Origin: Dehalococcoidia bacterium
Lineage (GTDB): Bacteria; Chloroflexota; Dehalococcoidia; Bin125
Direction: 5' to 3'
DNA length: 64,000 nt
Assembly: GCA_963663235.2 (NCBI GenBank)
Contig: CAXXNO010000004.1
Span: 320,001-384,000, forward strand
Positions 1-11,787 of this stretch are shown one piece after another; within the stretch, counting starts at the first letter, position 1, and each line of letters starts with the position of its first letter. The translations under genes and the position numbers were made by a program. The notes below the pieces were generated by a model, which was not told the DNA's origin, made no database searches, and was given only the letters and a program-made list of their open reading frames with translations.

Positions 1-58
1 CGGATCACCCCGCCAGTTCACCGGGTCGGTTATGCCACTGTAGCACGCGGCGGCGGCG

Positions 59-391
59 CTATGGCCGGCCCGGACTCAGCCGCTCGACGAAGACGCGCAT
101 GATGCCGCCGCAGATCTTGTCTTCGCCATCGGTGGGCTCGGTCAGATCGACGGTGACGATACGAGGCCGGCCGTCCTCCATGGCCGCCATGGCCTCTTGC
201 CAGACCTCGGCCTCGCCGCAGCCGCCGCCGATAGTGCCGACGAACGAGCCGTCCTCGCGTACCACCATCTTCGCCCCCGTGCCCCGAGGCGTGCTGCCCA
301 GCGTCTGCGCCACCGTGGCCACCACCAGCGGCTTCGACGCCGCCAGCGCTTCGCTCACCGCTTCGTAGACATCGTCCTGGGCCATGCCCAC
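59..391 (-). CDS. XdhC/CoxI family protein (N-terminal domain only)
   Basis: Motif VVATVAQTLGSTPRGTGAKMVV...GTIGGGCGEAEV...ICGGIMRVFVE is typical of the XdhC_CoxI domain; start may be the second Met at 385. Confidence 0.85.
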   Translation of the reverse strand: MGMAQDDVYEAVSEALAASKPLVVATVAQTLGSTPRGTGAKMVVREDGSFVGTIGGGCGEAEVWQEAMAAMEDGRPRIVTVDLTEPTDGEDKICGGIMRVFVERLSPGRP

Positions 392-462
392 ACTCCGGAT
401 CTCCGGCCGTGCGCCGGGGGCATTGAGAGTGTACGGCCTCCGCCACCGGCCTCGCCAGCGCG

Positions 463-1320
463 CTAACGGGGAGCCTCCTGGACGAGGCGCAAGCCGTGGT
501 CGGAAAGCGGCCGCGCCGCGCCCCCCCGCCGCACCAGCACGATCTCCGCCAGCACGGCCAGGGCGATCTCCTCGGGTGTCTCCGCGCCGATATCAAGGCC
601 GATCGGGGTGAACACGCGCGAGAGCGCCTCCGCGTCGAAGCCGTCGCGGCGCAGGTGCTCCAGGACCGTGCGCGTGCGGCGCTTGCTGCCGATCATGCCC
701 ACGTAGGCGGCGCCCCACTGGACCACGTGGCGAAGGCTGATCTCGTCCTGCTTGTGGCCGCGGGAGACCAGCACCACGAAAGTGTTGCCCGTGACGGGAA
801 AGCGGTCCAGCTCCTCGTCGACGTCACCGCAGATCACGCGGTCGGCGAAGGGGAAGCGCTCCGGCGCGGCGTACTCCTCGCGGTCGTCGAGCACGACCAC
901 GCTCATGCCCAGCAGCGCCCCGAACTGCCCCATCGCGCGGCCCACGTGGCCGCCCCCCACGACCAGCAACACCGGCTGCGGCTCCACCACCTCCAGCAGC
1001 ACCTCCACGACGGCCGACTCCGTCTCGACGGCGCGCCGTCCTGCCAGCCGTCTACCGTCCGCGGCGAAGGCCAGCGTCTCGACGGCATGCCGCGGGATGG
1101 CCTTCCGCGCCGCCTCCACGACGGCCGCGTCCAAGGGGCCGCCGTCCAGACGGCCGCGCGTCCGGCCGTCTGGATAGACGAGCAGCTTGCTCCCGACCGA
1201 TACGGGGCCGTCGTCGGGTGCGGAGATCGTGGTGCACGCGACGAGAGGCGGTCCTTCGCGGCCGGCGCGCAGCATCTCGCGGGCGGCGGTGGCGTTGTCG
1301 AGGGCGCTATCAGCCGTCAT
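463..1320 (-). CDS. XdhC family molybdoenzyme maturation protein (with C-terminal Rossmann domain)
   Basis: LVVGGGHVG, SRGHKQD, YVGMIGSKRR and PIGLDIGAETPEEIALAVLAEI are XdhC_C signatures. Confidence 0.9.
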   Translation of the reverse strand: MTADSALDNATAAREMLRAGREGPPLVACTTISAPDDGPVSVGSKLLVYPDGRTRGRLDGGPLDAAVVEAARKAIPRHAVETLAFAADGRRLAGRRAVETESAVVEVLLEVVEPQPVLLVVGGGHVGRAMGQFGALLGMSVVVLDDREEYAAPERFPFADRVICGDVDEELDRFPVTGNTFVVLVSRGHKQDEISLRHVVQWGAAYVGMIGSKRRTRTVLEHLRRDGFDAEALSRVFTPIGLDIGAETPEEIALAVLAEIVLVRRGGAARPLSDHGLRLVQEAPR

Positions 1321-1367
1321 GCTGCGAGCAGCATAGCGCTCCGCTCCCGCACGCCGCGGAGAGACTC

Positions 1368-2459
1368 CTAGACGTTGAAGAGGATGTGGAGCACATCGCC
1401 GTCCTGGACGCGATAGTCGCGGCCCTCCGTGCGCAGAAGCGCGCGCTTCCGCGCCTCCGCTTCCGAGCCGGCGTCGATCATGTCCTGCCAGGAGATGATC
1501 TCGGCGCGGATAAAGCCCCGCTGTATGTCGCTGTGGACCTTGCCGGCGGCGTCCAGGGCGCTGCTGCCCTGGACGATGCTCCAGGCGCGGCTTTCGTCCT
1601 CGCTCAGCGTGAAGAACGAGATCAGGCCCAGAACGGCGTAGGAGAGGCGGACGGCCTGGGCCAGCGCGCCCTCCGTGGCGCCGACCTCGCGGCGGTAGGC
1701 GTCGGCCTCGTCCGGGGAGAGCGCACCGAGCTCGCGCTCGAGCGCCGCACAGACCGCGGCGGTGGCCGAGCCGGGCGGTTCGTCGTCGGGCCGGAAGTCG
1801 GCGGCGATGGCCTCCGCGCGGCCCGCGTCGGCCTCGTTGACGTTGACGACCGTGAGCAGCGCATGGTTCGTGAGGAAGCGATAGTGCCGCAGGCTCTTGC
1901 GCTCCTCGGCATCGAGCGACACCGCGCGCAGGGGCACGTTGCTCTCCAGCGGCGGGCGCAGCCGCTGGAGCAGCTCCACCTCACGCTCCGCCTGCGCCCG
2001 CTCACCAGGCTTCAGGGCTTTGCTTTCGGTCGCGATGCGCTGCAGCCGTGTCTCGATCAGCGCCAGGTCGGCGAAGGTCAACTCGAGCGCCATCGACTCG
2101 ATGTCGCGGGCGGCGTCGACGCTGCCGTGCGGGTGGGGGACGGAGTCGTCGTCGAAGGCGCGTACCACGTGGACGAGCGCATCCACGTTGCTCAGTTGCT
2201 GCAGGAAGCGCGGCGCGGGCCCTTTCCCGCCGCCGAAGCCGCCGCCGGGAAAGTCAATGTACTGAAGGTCGGCGGGAGTGGTCTTGCGGGACTTGAGCAG
2301 CGCGCTGAGACGGTCCAGGCGAACGTCCGGCACTTTCACCATGCCGATGTGGGGGTCGGTATGCGTAGCGAAGCCAACGGCGTGGTCGGCGCCGGTGACG
2401 GCATTGAAGAGGGAGGTCTTGCCGCTGCGCTCGAAGCCGATGATGCCGAGGTCAGGCAT
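1368..2459 (-). CDS. ychF: YchF/OLA1-family ATPase (divergent)
   Basis: P-loop GFERSGKT, VPDVRLD, HVVRAF, NVNE G4 motif, and TGS domain AGKVHSDIQRGFIRAE...EGRDYRVQDGDVLHILFNV; start taken at MPDLGIIG. Confidence 0.85.
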   Translation of the reverse strand: MPDLGIIGFERSGKTSLFNAVTGADHAVGFATHTDPHIGMVKVPDVRLDRLSALLKSRKTTPADLQYIDFPGGGFGGGKGPAPRFLQQLSNVDALVHVVRAFDDDSVPHPHGSVDAARDIESMALELTFADLALIETRLQRIATESKALKPGERAQAEREVELLQRLRPPLESNVPLRAVSLDAEERKSLRHYRFLTNHALLTVVNVNEADAGRAEAIAADFRPDDEPPGSATAAVCAALERELGALSPDEADAYRREVGATEGALAQAVRLSYAVLGLISFFTLSEDESRAWSIVQGSSALDAAGKVHSDIQRGFIRAEIISWQDMIDAGSEAEARKRALLRTEGRDYRVQDGDVLHILFNV

Positions 2460-2570
2460 GGGGGGTCTCGGAGGGCCGCGCGAAGCGACCGCCGGCCGTG
2501 CGTTGGAGGGTGAGCATCTCAACCGCGCCGCCGCGGGCTCGGAGGGCGTAGACGCGGACGAGGTTCGATC

Positions 2571-3308
2571 TCAGGCGGGGCACGGGTCGCTCCAGTCGAT
2601 AGCCGCTGGCGCCGCGGCGGCGGCCGGGCGGAGGCCGACCTCGGCCCGGCCGGTGGGACAGAGATCGAGGAGGGGACAGTCGGGGCAGCGAGGGCGCTTG
2701 CGACATGTTCGCTTCGCGTGTGTCACCAACAGGGCGTGGTACTCCGCGTAGAGCGCCGTATCGCCCGGAAGCGCGGCCATGAAGAGGGCGCGCAGCTCCT
2801 CGTACCTGGGCTCGTGCCGGACCCAGTCGAGCCGATCCAGGATGCGACGCGTATAAGCATCGACCATGAAGGTCGGCTGACGAGCGGCGAAGAGGCAGAC
2901 AGAATCCGCCGTCTCCGGCCCGAAGCCGTGCGTGGCCAGCAGCAGCGGGCGCAACTCCGGCAACGGCTTCGCCAGCAGGACGTGGACATCGCCGTCTCCC
3001 TCCTCCGCCACCAACTGGGCGAACGCCTTCAACTTGCGGGCCTTGCTCTTGTAGTAGCCGGAGGGCCGGATCAACTCGGCCAGCTCCGCCTCGGGCGTGT
3101 GCAGGATCTCCGCTACGTCCAGCTTGCCCCGATCGATCAGCGCGTCCAGCGCGCGGCGGGCGCTGGTCCAGGCCGTGTTCTGGACGAGGAGGGCGCCGAT
3201 GATCATCTCCAACTCGGTGCCCGCCGGCCACCAGCGCTGCGGGCCGTAGTGCGAGCGCAGCCGACGGTACAGCCGGCGCAGATCCGCCGCCGAGACGGTG
3301 TCGGGCAC
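2571..3308 (-). CDS. Endonuclease III-related HhH-GPD DNA glycosylase with Fe-S cluster
   Basis: YGPQRWWP, GALLVQNTAW, IRPSGYYKSKA, HhH GFGPETAD, VDAYTRR and C-x6-C-x2-C-x5-C; GTG start inferred at 3308. Confidence 0.85.
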   Translation of the reverse strand: MPDTVSAADLRRLYRRLRSHYGPQRWWPAGTELEMIIGALLVQNTAWTSARRALDALIDRGKLDVAEILHTPEAELAELIRPSGYYKSKARKLKAFAQLVAEEGDGDVHVLLAKPLPELRPLLLATHGFGPETADSVCLFAARQPTFMVDAYTRRILDRLDWVRHEPRYEELRALFMAALPGDTALYAEYHALLVTHAKRTCRKRPRCPDCPLLDLCPTGRAEVGLRPAAAAAPAAIDWSDPCPA

Positions 3309-3319
3309 GGCGGCGGCGG

Positions 3320-5907
<2,588 letters not shown>

Positions 5908-5928
5908 CGCCCGCCGGGGCGTCCTCTC

Positions 5929-6363
5929 ATGCCGCACCTGTTCGTCGAGAGCGACGCCGCCGAGCCCGGGCCGTTCCACTTCACGCGCGACGCGGAAGAT
6001 CTCCTGGCGCTGCTGTCTTTCGGCGTGGCTGAGCCGTTCGGGTCCATGCACCCGCTGACCCAACTGGTGCGTCGCCTGCGACGGGAGCGGGGCCTGGACC
6101 TGACGCCGCTGCTCACCTTCTACGATCGCAACGTGGAGGATGCGGCGGATGCCGCCAACCTGGAGGCCGCCTGGCAAGACGCGGCCGCCCTGCGCGAGTG
6201 CGTGGTAGCCGTGCGGGCGGCGCTGGCCGAGGACGCCGAGGCGGTCCCGCTCACGGCGGACTTCCCCGCGATCCCACCGCTGCTGGGCGAACTGGAAGGG
6301 ATGGCCGCCTGGGCGGCGGAACGCGAGGCGCGCATCCGGATTTCGTTCTCGTTGGACTCGTGA
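5929..6363 (+). CDS. Hypothetical protein
   Basis: 144-aa ORF between gyrB and the methyltransferase, GC3-rich codons, stop overlaps the next GTG start. Confidence 0.7.
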   Translation: MPHLFVESDAAEPGPFHFTRDAEDLLALLSFGVAEPFGSMHPLTQLVRRLRRERGLDLTPLLTFYDRNVEDAADAANLEAAWQDAAALRECVVAVRAALAEDAEAVPLTADFPAIPPLLGELEGMAAWAAEREARIRISFSLDS

Positions 6364-7094
6364 CGCGCCGGGGTGAGATCGTGACGAGGCCGGCACACGA
6401 CCCACACCAACCGCCACCGCTTACCTGGCGTGAGGCCGTGCCCCCCGCGCTGCGACGCTGGTGGCAGGGCATGCCGCGCCTGGCGCTGGAGAACACGGGC
6501 GCGCTGCTCCTGCCGTCGCTGCTGCCGCTCCGCCCCGGTGATCGGGTGCTGGAGGTGGGCTGCGGCCGCGGGGCGCTGTCGGCGTTGCTGGCCGCGCGCG
6601 TGCCGTTCCGCACACCGCCCCTCGGGATCGACGGCGACGGGTCGCTTCTGCGGCCGCACGCCCCGCGCGCGAAGGTGCGGCTGATCCAGGCGGAAGCGTG
6701 GGCGCTGCCGTTTCGCGACCGGCAGTTCACCGTGCTGCTGGCCGGGCACCAGATTCGCGCCTGGGATGATGGCCATCTATCCCGCTTCTTGGCAGAGGCG
6801 TGGCGGACACTGACGCACAACGGCGTCCTGGTGCTCTGGGAGGTGGCGCCGTCGCGGTCGGCGGCGGTGAACCGGATCTGGAGTCGCCTGCTTTCGCCGC
6901 CGGGACTGCGCGCGCAGCTGCGGCCCTTCGCGGAGATCGGGCGGCTGGGGCGTGACGCCGGCTTTGCCTGGATCCAGACGCTGCGCGTGCAGCCGATGCT
7001 GTGGCCGCCTGGTCCTCGCGTCGCGGTGTTAATGCGCAAGGAGTACTACGACGCGAAGACCGTGGACCTCGGGCCCGGCGAGACGCCGGACTAG
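6360..7094 (+). CDS. Class I SAM-dependent methyltransferase
   Basis: RVLEVGCGRG motif I, AEAWALPFRDRQF, and LAEAWRTLTHNGVLV; GTG at 6360 overlaps the upstream TGA. Confidence 0.8.
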   Translation: MTRRGEIVTRPAHDPHQPPPLTWREAVPPALRRWWQGMPRLALENTGALLLPSLLPLRPGDRVLEVGCGRGALSALLAARVPFRTPPLGIDGDGSLLRPHAPRAKVRLIQAEAWALPFRDRQFTVLLAGHQIRAWDDGHLSRFLAEAWRTLTHNGVLVLWEVAPSRSAAVNRIWSRLLSPPGLRAQLRPFAEIGRLGRDAGFAWIQTLRVQPMLWPPGPRVAVLMRKEYYDAKTVDLGPGETPD

Positions 7095-7699
7095 CCGGCG
7101 CTCCGGTACAACCCCTGCGCGCGGATGTATGCCAGGACGGCGGGCGGGACGATGTCCTCTACCGACTCTCCCGCCGCGAGACGGGTGCGGATAGCGTGGG
7201 CGCTGATGTCGCACGCTTTCATGGGGACCCAATCGACGGCAGCAGCCAAGCCAGGGAGTAGAAGGTCTAATCGCTCACTGCTGAGTGCGTGGTGTGGGCG
7301 CATGACAACGGCGAGGCGCGTCAGGCCAATCAGCCGCTGAGGCTCGCGCCAGTTGGGCAGATCCTCCAGCGTGTCGCTGCCCATGATGAACCAGAGGGTA
7401 TCGCCGCCTTGCGCGCGCAGCGCCTCCAGCGTGTCGACGGTGTAGGTGAGGCCGCCGCGGCGCACCTCGAGATCGGAGTCGGCGAAGCCCTCAATTCCCT
7501 CCAGGGCGCAGCGCACCATCGCCAGTCGCTGCATCGCCGGCGTGATCGAGCGGTCGCGCTTGCGCCAGGGATCGCCCGCAGGAATGAAGAGCACTCGATC
7601 AAGGCGGAGCGCGTCGCGGGCGGCCGTGGCGATGCGCAGATGCGCGGCGTGCAAGGGATCGAAGGTGCCGCCGAGCAGCCCCAGCCGCTCCTCCGTCAC
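7091..7699 (-). CDS. nadD: Nicotinate-nucleotide adenylyltransferase
   Basis: GLLGGTFDPLHAAH, YTVDTLE, FIMGSD, VPPAVLAYIRAQGLY; directly follows obgE. Confidence 0.95.
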   Translation of the reverse strand: MTEERLGLLGGTFDPLHAAHLRIATAARDALRLDRVLFIPAGDPWRKRDRSITPAMQRLAMVRCALEGIEGFADSDLEVRRGGLTYTVDTLEALRAQGGDTLWFIMGSDTLEDLPNWREPQRLIGLTRLAVVMRPHHALSSERLDLLLPGLAAAVDWVPMKACDISAHAIRTRLAAGESVEDIVPPAVLAYIRAQGLYRSAG

Positions 7700-8970
7700 T
7701 GCTCCCACTCCCACTCGATATCCCCCACGCGCACCCGATCGCCGGCCTGGACGCCGGCGCGGCGCAAGGCGGCGACTACGCCGCGGCGTGCGAGCCAGCG
7801 GTACGCTTCCTCACGCGAGAGTTCGTTCTCCATGTCCATCATCTCAACGAAGGTCTCGATCTGTGCGCCCGCCACTCGGTAGACGCCGTCCGACTCCTGA
7901 TGCACGTGGAAGCGGCGCGAGTCGGCCTTGGGTTTGATGATCGGCAACTCACGGGGAACGGCAGGTATCGCCTCGCGGACCTCTTGGAGGTTTCTGGCGC
8001 AACGCTCGGCCAGTTCGCGGGCGCCGATCCCCGCTGCGGCGGAGACGAACAGCGGCTGGATGTCGCGCGCGCGAAATGCGGCCTCGATGTCAGCGCGGCG
8101 TGCGCCGACATCATCCAGGTCGATTTTGTTGATCACGACCAGTTGGGGCCGGCGGGCCAGCTCCGCGCTGTAGGCCTCTAGCTCGTGACAGATCGTGTCG
8201 TAGGCGCCGACGGGATCGGTGACGCTGCCATCGATCAGGTGGAGCAGGAGACGCGTCCGCGCCGTATGGCGGAGAAAGTCGTGGCCCAAGCCGACCCCCT
8301 CAGCCGCCCCTTCGATCAGGCCGGGGAGGTCCGCCAGGACAAATTCACCCCAACCCACCGCTACCACGCCGAGCGCCGGCTCCAGTGTGGTGAAGGGGTA
8401 TTCGCCCACTCGCGGCCGCGCGGCGCTCAGCGCGCGCAGGAGCGTCGACTTGCCAGCATTCGGCAGTCCTACCACCCCCACGTCGGCGATGAGGCGCAAC
8501 TCCAGGCGCAAGCGCACGGTTTCGCCGCGGTGGCCCCGCTGTGCGACGCGCGGCGCTTGGTTTATCGAGTTTTTGAAGTACGTGTTGCCCCGCCCGCCGC
8601 GGCCGCCGCGCGCGAGGAGTGCCACTTGCCCGTCCGTCCGCAGATCCGCGATCACCTCTTCCGGCTCATCCTGTGCGCTAAGCCGGATGACCACTGTCCC
8701 CGCTGGGACGTCCAGAATTGTGTCCTCCCCTGCACGGCCATGCCGGTTGTTGCTCTCGCCGGGCTGCCCTGCCTTGGCATCAATGCGGCGCGTGTGGCGG
8801 TAGCGGTTGAGAGTGTTGGTTTGTGCCGTCGCCAGCGCGCTCACGTGGCCGCCTCGGCCGCCGTTGCCGCCGTCCGGCCCGCCCAGAGGAACGAACTTCT
8901 CGCGGTGGAACGATACGCAGCCGGCGCCACCGGCTCCAGCGCGCACTTCCACTTCCACTTGATCCAGCAT
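7696..8970 (-). CDS. obgE: GTPase ObgE/CgtA
   Basis: Gly-rich Obg fold (REKFVPLGGPDGGNGGRGG), GLPNAGKST, YPFTTLEP, DLPGLIEGA, NKID, and C-terminal OCT domain. Confidence 0.97.
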   Translation of the reverse strand: MLDQVEVEVRAGAGGAGCVSFHREKFVPLGGPDGGNGGRGGHVSALATAQTNTLNRYRHTRRIDAKAGQPGESNNRHGRAGEDTILDVPAGTVVIRLSAQDEPEEVIADLRTDGQVALLARGGRGGRGNTYFKNSINQAPRVAQRGHRGETVRLRLELRLIADVGVVGLPNAGKSTLLRALSAARPRVGEYPFTTLEPALGVVAVGWGEFVLADLPGLIEGAAEGVGLGHDFLRHTARTRLLLHLIDGSVTDPVGAYDTICHELEAYSAELARRPQLVVINKIDLDDVGARRADIEAAFRARDIQPLFVSAAAGIGARELAERCARNLQEVREAIPAVPRELPIIKPKADSRRFHVHQESDGVYRVAGAQIETFVEMMDMENELSREEAYRWLARRGVVAALRRAGVQAGDRVRVGDIEWEWEQ

Positions 8971-8984
8971 TCGGCCGACGTTTC

Positions 8985-9300
8985 CTGGTTAGGGTTTTCC
9001 CTAACGTGCACAGCGCTACTAAGACCTTGCTAACACAGTAAGGATAGGGATCATGGATCGTCGAAGTAGTCGTAGCGCAGTGGACTTTCTGGATAGCGTG
9101 AAGAGTGGCGTAAAGCGCGGCGAAAACCAACGTGGCCATCCCCGTAGATAGTCTGGGTTTGGGCGGAAGCGTGGATGGGTGTGGAGAAGGAGCCGATGCC
9201 CAGAGTGTGGGCCGGTCAACACTGAAGCAGTGATGCGGGCGAGTTATCCACTGCGGGAGCGCCTTCTCCACCAAGAAGGTGCACTTATCCACCGAAAAGG
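8985..9300. promoter_or_regulatory. Probable chromosomal replication origin (oriC) with DnaA boxes and DnaA-trio-like repeats
   Basis: Non-coding, lower-GC gap downstream of dnaA. Boxes: TTATCCACT 9244-9252, TTCTCCACC 9264-9272, TTATCCACC 9285-9293, TGTGGAGAA 9180-9188, TCTGGATAG 9088-9096. Trio-like run TCG TCG AAG TAG TCG TAG at 9058-9075. Confidence 0.8.
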
Positions 9301-9324
9301 GCGGGGTGAATGTAGGGCGGGCGC

Positions 9325-10716
9325 TCAGCGCGCGGCGATGGCGGCCCGGATCTCCATCAAGTCACGCCGGGCATCGGGGTCTTCGTCGATCAACCGCTGG
9401 ATGCGGCGGAAGCCGTGCAAGACCGTGGTGTGGTCGCGGCCGCCGAGCAGGCGGCCGATCTGAGCGTACGACTGCTGCCCCACGTCCCGGAGGAGATACA
9501 TCGCCATGTGCCGGGCGTAGGCGACCTGTTTCTCCCGGCGGGCGCTGGTTAGGGCCTCGACCGGGACGCCGGTGCATTGGGCCACCGCTTCCAGGATGAT
9601 CGACGGCAGCGGCACGGCGGAGCGCGGGGTGGAAGTGATCGCGTTGAGGGCCTCCGCGGCGAGGTCACGGGAGATCGGCTGGCGGTAAAGACGCGCCAGG
9701 GCCGCGACTCGCGTCAGGGCTCCCTCCAGTTGGCGGATGTTGTCTTGCACTCGATGTGCGATCAGCAGCAGCACCTCTTCCGGTGCGTTGAGTTCCTCGA
9801 GTTCCGCCCGGGAGTGCAGGATGGCGAGGCGTGTCTCCACATCGGGCGGGGCGATATCGACGATCAGGCCCCCCTCGAAGCGAGAGCGCAGCCGTTCCTC
9901 GAGAGCGGTCAACAGCTTGGGTGAGACGTCGCTGCTGATCACGATCTGTTTGTTCTGGTTGTAGAGGGCATCGAAGGTGTGGAAGAACTCCTCCTGTGTC
10001 TGCTCGCCGCGCGAGATGAATTGGATATCGTCGATGAGGAGGACATCGACGTTGCGGAACTTCTGGCGGAAGCGCTCCATGCCGTGCTCACGCAGCGCGG
10101 TCACGAACTCGTTGGTGTATACCTCCGTGCTGAGGTAAAGGGTCTGAAGTTGCGGCGCGGTGATGTGCCCGATGGCCTGGAGCAGGTGCGTCTTGCCCAG
10201 GCCCACGCCGCCGTAGATGAAGAGCGGATTGTAGGTGCGCCCGGGCCGCTCCGCGACCGCCGTGGCAGCGGCGTGGGCGAGCCGGTTGCTGCGACCGACG
10301 ATGAACGTGTCAAACGTGTAGTGGGACGTGAGGACGGGGCGAGAGCGGCGGAACGGCGGAGGCTCGCTGGCCGGGAGCGGTTGCGCCGCTCTCTCCACGG
10401 GCGCTTCGTCGTGCGGGCGCACGACGAAGTCGACCTGGATGCGGCGGCCGGCCACGGCGGCGAGGGCTTCCGAGATAGCGGGATAGAACTGCGTGGTGAG
10501 GGCTTCGCGGGCGAAGTCGGAGGCGACGCTCACCTGCAGGACGCCGCCGTGGATGCCGCTGGCTTGCGTATCGGCGAACCAAGTGTCGAACGAGGGGGTC
10601 GGCACGACGCGCCGCAAGCGCTCGAGGGCGCCGCGCCACAGTTGCGAAGGGGAGGGCAGCGCGCCGCGGTCCTCGGGCTTGGGGTTTGGGTTTGGGTCGC
10701 TGGGGGCAGCAGGCAT
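9325..10716 (-). CDS. dnaA: Chromosomal replication initiator DnaA
   Basis: YTFDTFIVGRSN, YNPLFIYGGVGLGKTHLL, LLIDDIQF, QEEFFHTF, RLRSRFEGGL, GGRDHTTVLH; start inferred at MPAAPSD. Confidence 0.97.
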   Translation of the reverse strand: MPAAPSDPNPNPKPEDRGALPSPSQLWRGALERLRRVVPTPSFDTWFADTQASGIHGGVLQVSVASDFAREALTTQFYPAISEALAAVAGRRIQVDFVVRPHDEAPVERAAQPLPASEPPPFRRSRPVLTSHYTFDTFIVGRSNRLAHAAATAVAERPGRTYNPLFIYGGVGLGKTHLLQAIGHITAPQLQTLYLSTEVYTNEFVTALREHGMERFRQKFRNVDVLLIDDIQFISRGEQTQEEFFHTFDALYNQNKQIVISSDVSPKLLTALEERLRSRFEGGLIVDIAPPDVETRLAILHSRAELEELNAPEEVLLLIAHRVQDNIRQLEGALTRVAALARLYRQPISRDLAAEALNAITSTPRSAVPLPSIILEAVAQCTGVPVEALTSARREKQVAYARHMAMYLLRDVGQQSYAQIGRLLGGRDHTTVLHGFRRIQRLIDEDPDARRDLMEIRAAIAAR

Positions 10717-10854
10717 CGGCGCGCGCGACTCTCGACTGCTTGGGGACCCGATCGCCGCGGCATGTGAGCCCGAGGCGCCCGAGGCCCGCTCCGAGCAGAG
10801 GATGCCGGGGGACAATCGTCCGTTTCTTATCTGGGGCAAGCCTGGACGGGAGCG

Positions 10855-10884
10855 ATAGTAGGGAGCGCAAGGCGGTCCTGACAA
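10855..10884 (-). promoter_or_regulatory. Putative sigma70-type promoter of dnaA
   Basis: Minus strand TTGTCA-N18-TACTAT. Confidence 0.55.
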
Positions 10885-10938
10885 GAGGCTCCTAGACGGA
10901 TTACAAGCTTCCGCCGGATCTGATCGTGTGGCGGGCGT

Positions 10939-10968
10939 TTGTCGAGGGGGGAAAGGGGCCCGTATAGT
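10939..10968 (+). promoter_or_regulatory. Putative sigma70-type promoter of coaX-coaBC
   Basis: TTGTCG-N18-TATAGT. Confidence 0.55.
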
Positions 10969-11010
10969 AGCCGTCACCCTCAGGAAGGGCGCCGGTGGTG
11001 AAGCGCGCAT

Positions 11011-11787
11011 ATGTTGCTGGCAATCGACATCGGCAACACGACGGTGCAGTTAGGGCTGTTCACGGGCGATAGGCTGGGCCCCACCTGGCGGCTCGCCACG
11101 GCGCACGAGCGGCTGGCGGACGAATACGGCGTTCTGCTGCAAGCCCTGCTGCGCACCAAGGGGATCGAGCAGGAAGCGGTCGACGGGGCCATCATCGCCT
11201 CGGTGGTGCCCGCGCTGGCCCCGGTGTTTCAAGAGGTCTGCCGGCGCTATTTCGGGGTCGAGCCGCTGCTGGTGGGGGGCGGGCTGAAGACGGGGCTGCG
11301 CATCGTCTACGACAGCCCGCGGGAGGTCGGCGCCGACCGGGTCGTCGACGCCGTGGCGGCCCTCCAGCACCACGGGCCGCCGCCGCTGATCGTGGTGGAC
11401 TTCGGCACGGCGACGGTGTTCGACGCGATCGACCGGGAGGGCAGCTACATCGGCGGGTCCATCGCCCCGGGGATCGGCGTGGCGGCGGAGGCGCTGTTCG
11501 AGCGGGCGTCACGGCTGTACCGGGTCGAGCTGCAGCGGCCGGAGAGCGCCATCGGCTCTAACACGGTCGCGGCCGTGCAGTCGGGCATTCTCTTTGGGTA
11601 CGTTGGGCTGGTGGAGGGCATGATCAGCCGCTTCAAAGCCGAGTTGGGCGGAGGCCGGGTGATCGGGACCGGCGGCTGGGCGGAGCAGATCGCCCAGGAG
11701 ACCACCGCCGTGGACGTGGTGGCGCCGGATCTCACGCTGGAGGGGCTGCGGATCCTCTACGCCCTGAATATCGAGGGACGAGAGTGA
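11011..11787 (+). CDS. coaX: Type III pantothenate kinase
   Basis: MLLAIDIGNT, EVGADR, VVDFGTAT, GGSIAPGI, IGTGG, PDLTLEGL. Confidence 0.95.
   Translation: MLLAIDIGNTTVQLGLFTGDRLGPTWRLATAHERLADEYGVLLQALLRTKGIEQEAVDGAIIASVVPALAPVFQEVCRRYFGVEPLLVGGGLKTGLRIVYDSPREVGADRVVDAVAALQHHGPPPLIVVDFGTATVFDAIDREGSYIGGSIAPGIGVAAEALFERASRLYRVELQRPESAIGSNTVAAVQSGILFGYVGLVEGMISRFKAELGGGRVIGTGGWAEQIAQETTAVDVVAPDLTLEGLRILYALNIEGRE

Noticed and set aside
8780-9292. 170-aa ORF across the dnaA-obgE gap
   Set aside because: Atypical codon usage, overlaps obgE, and the region is better explained as oriC.
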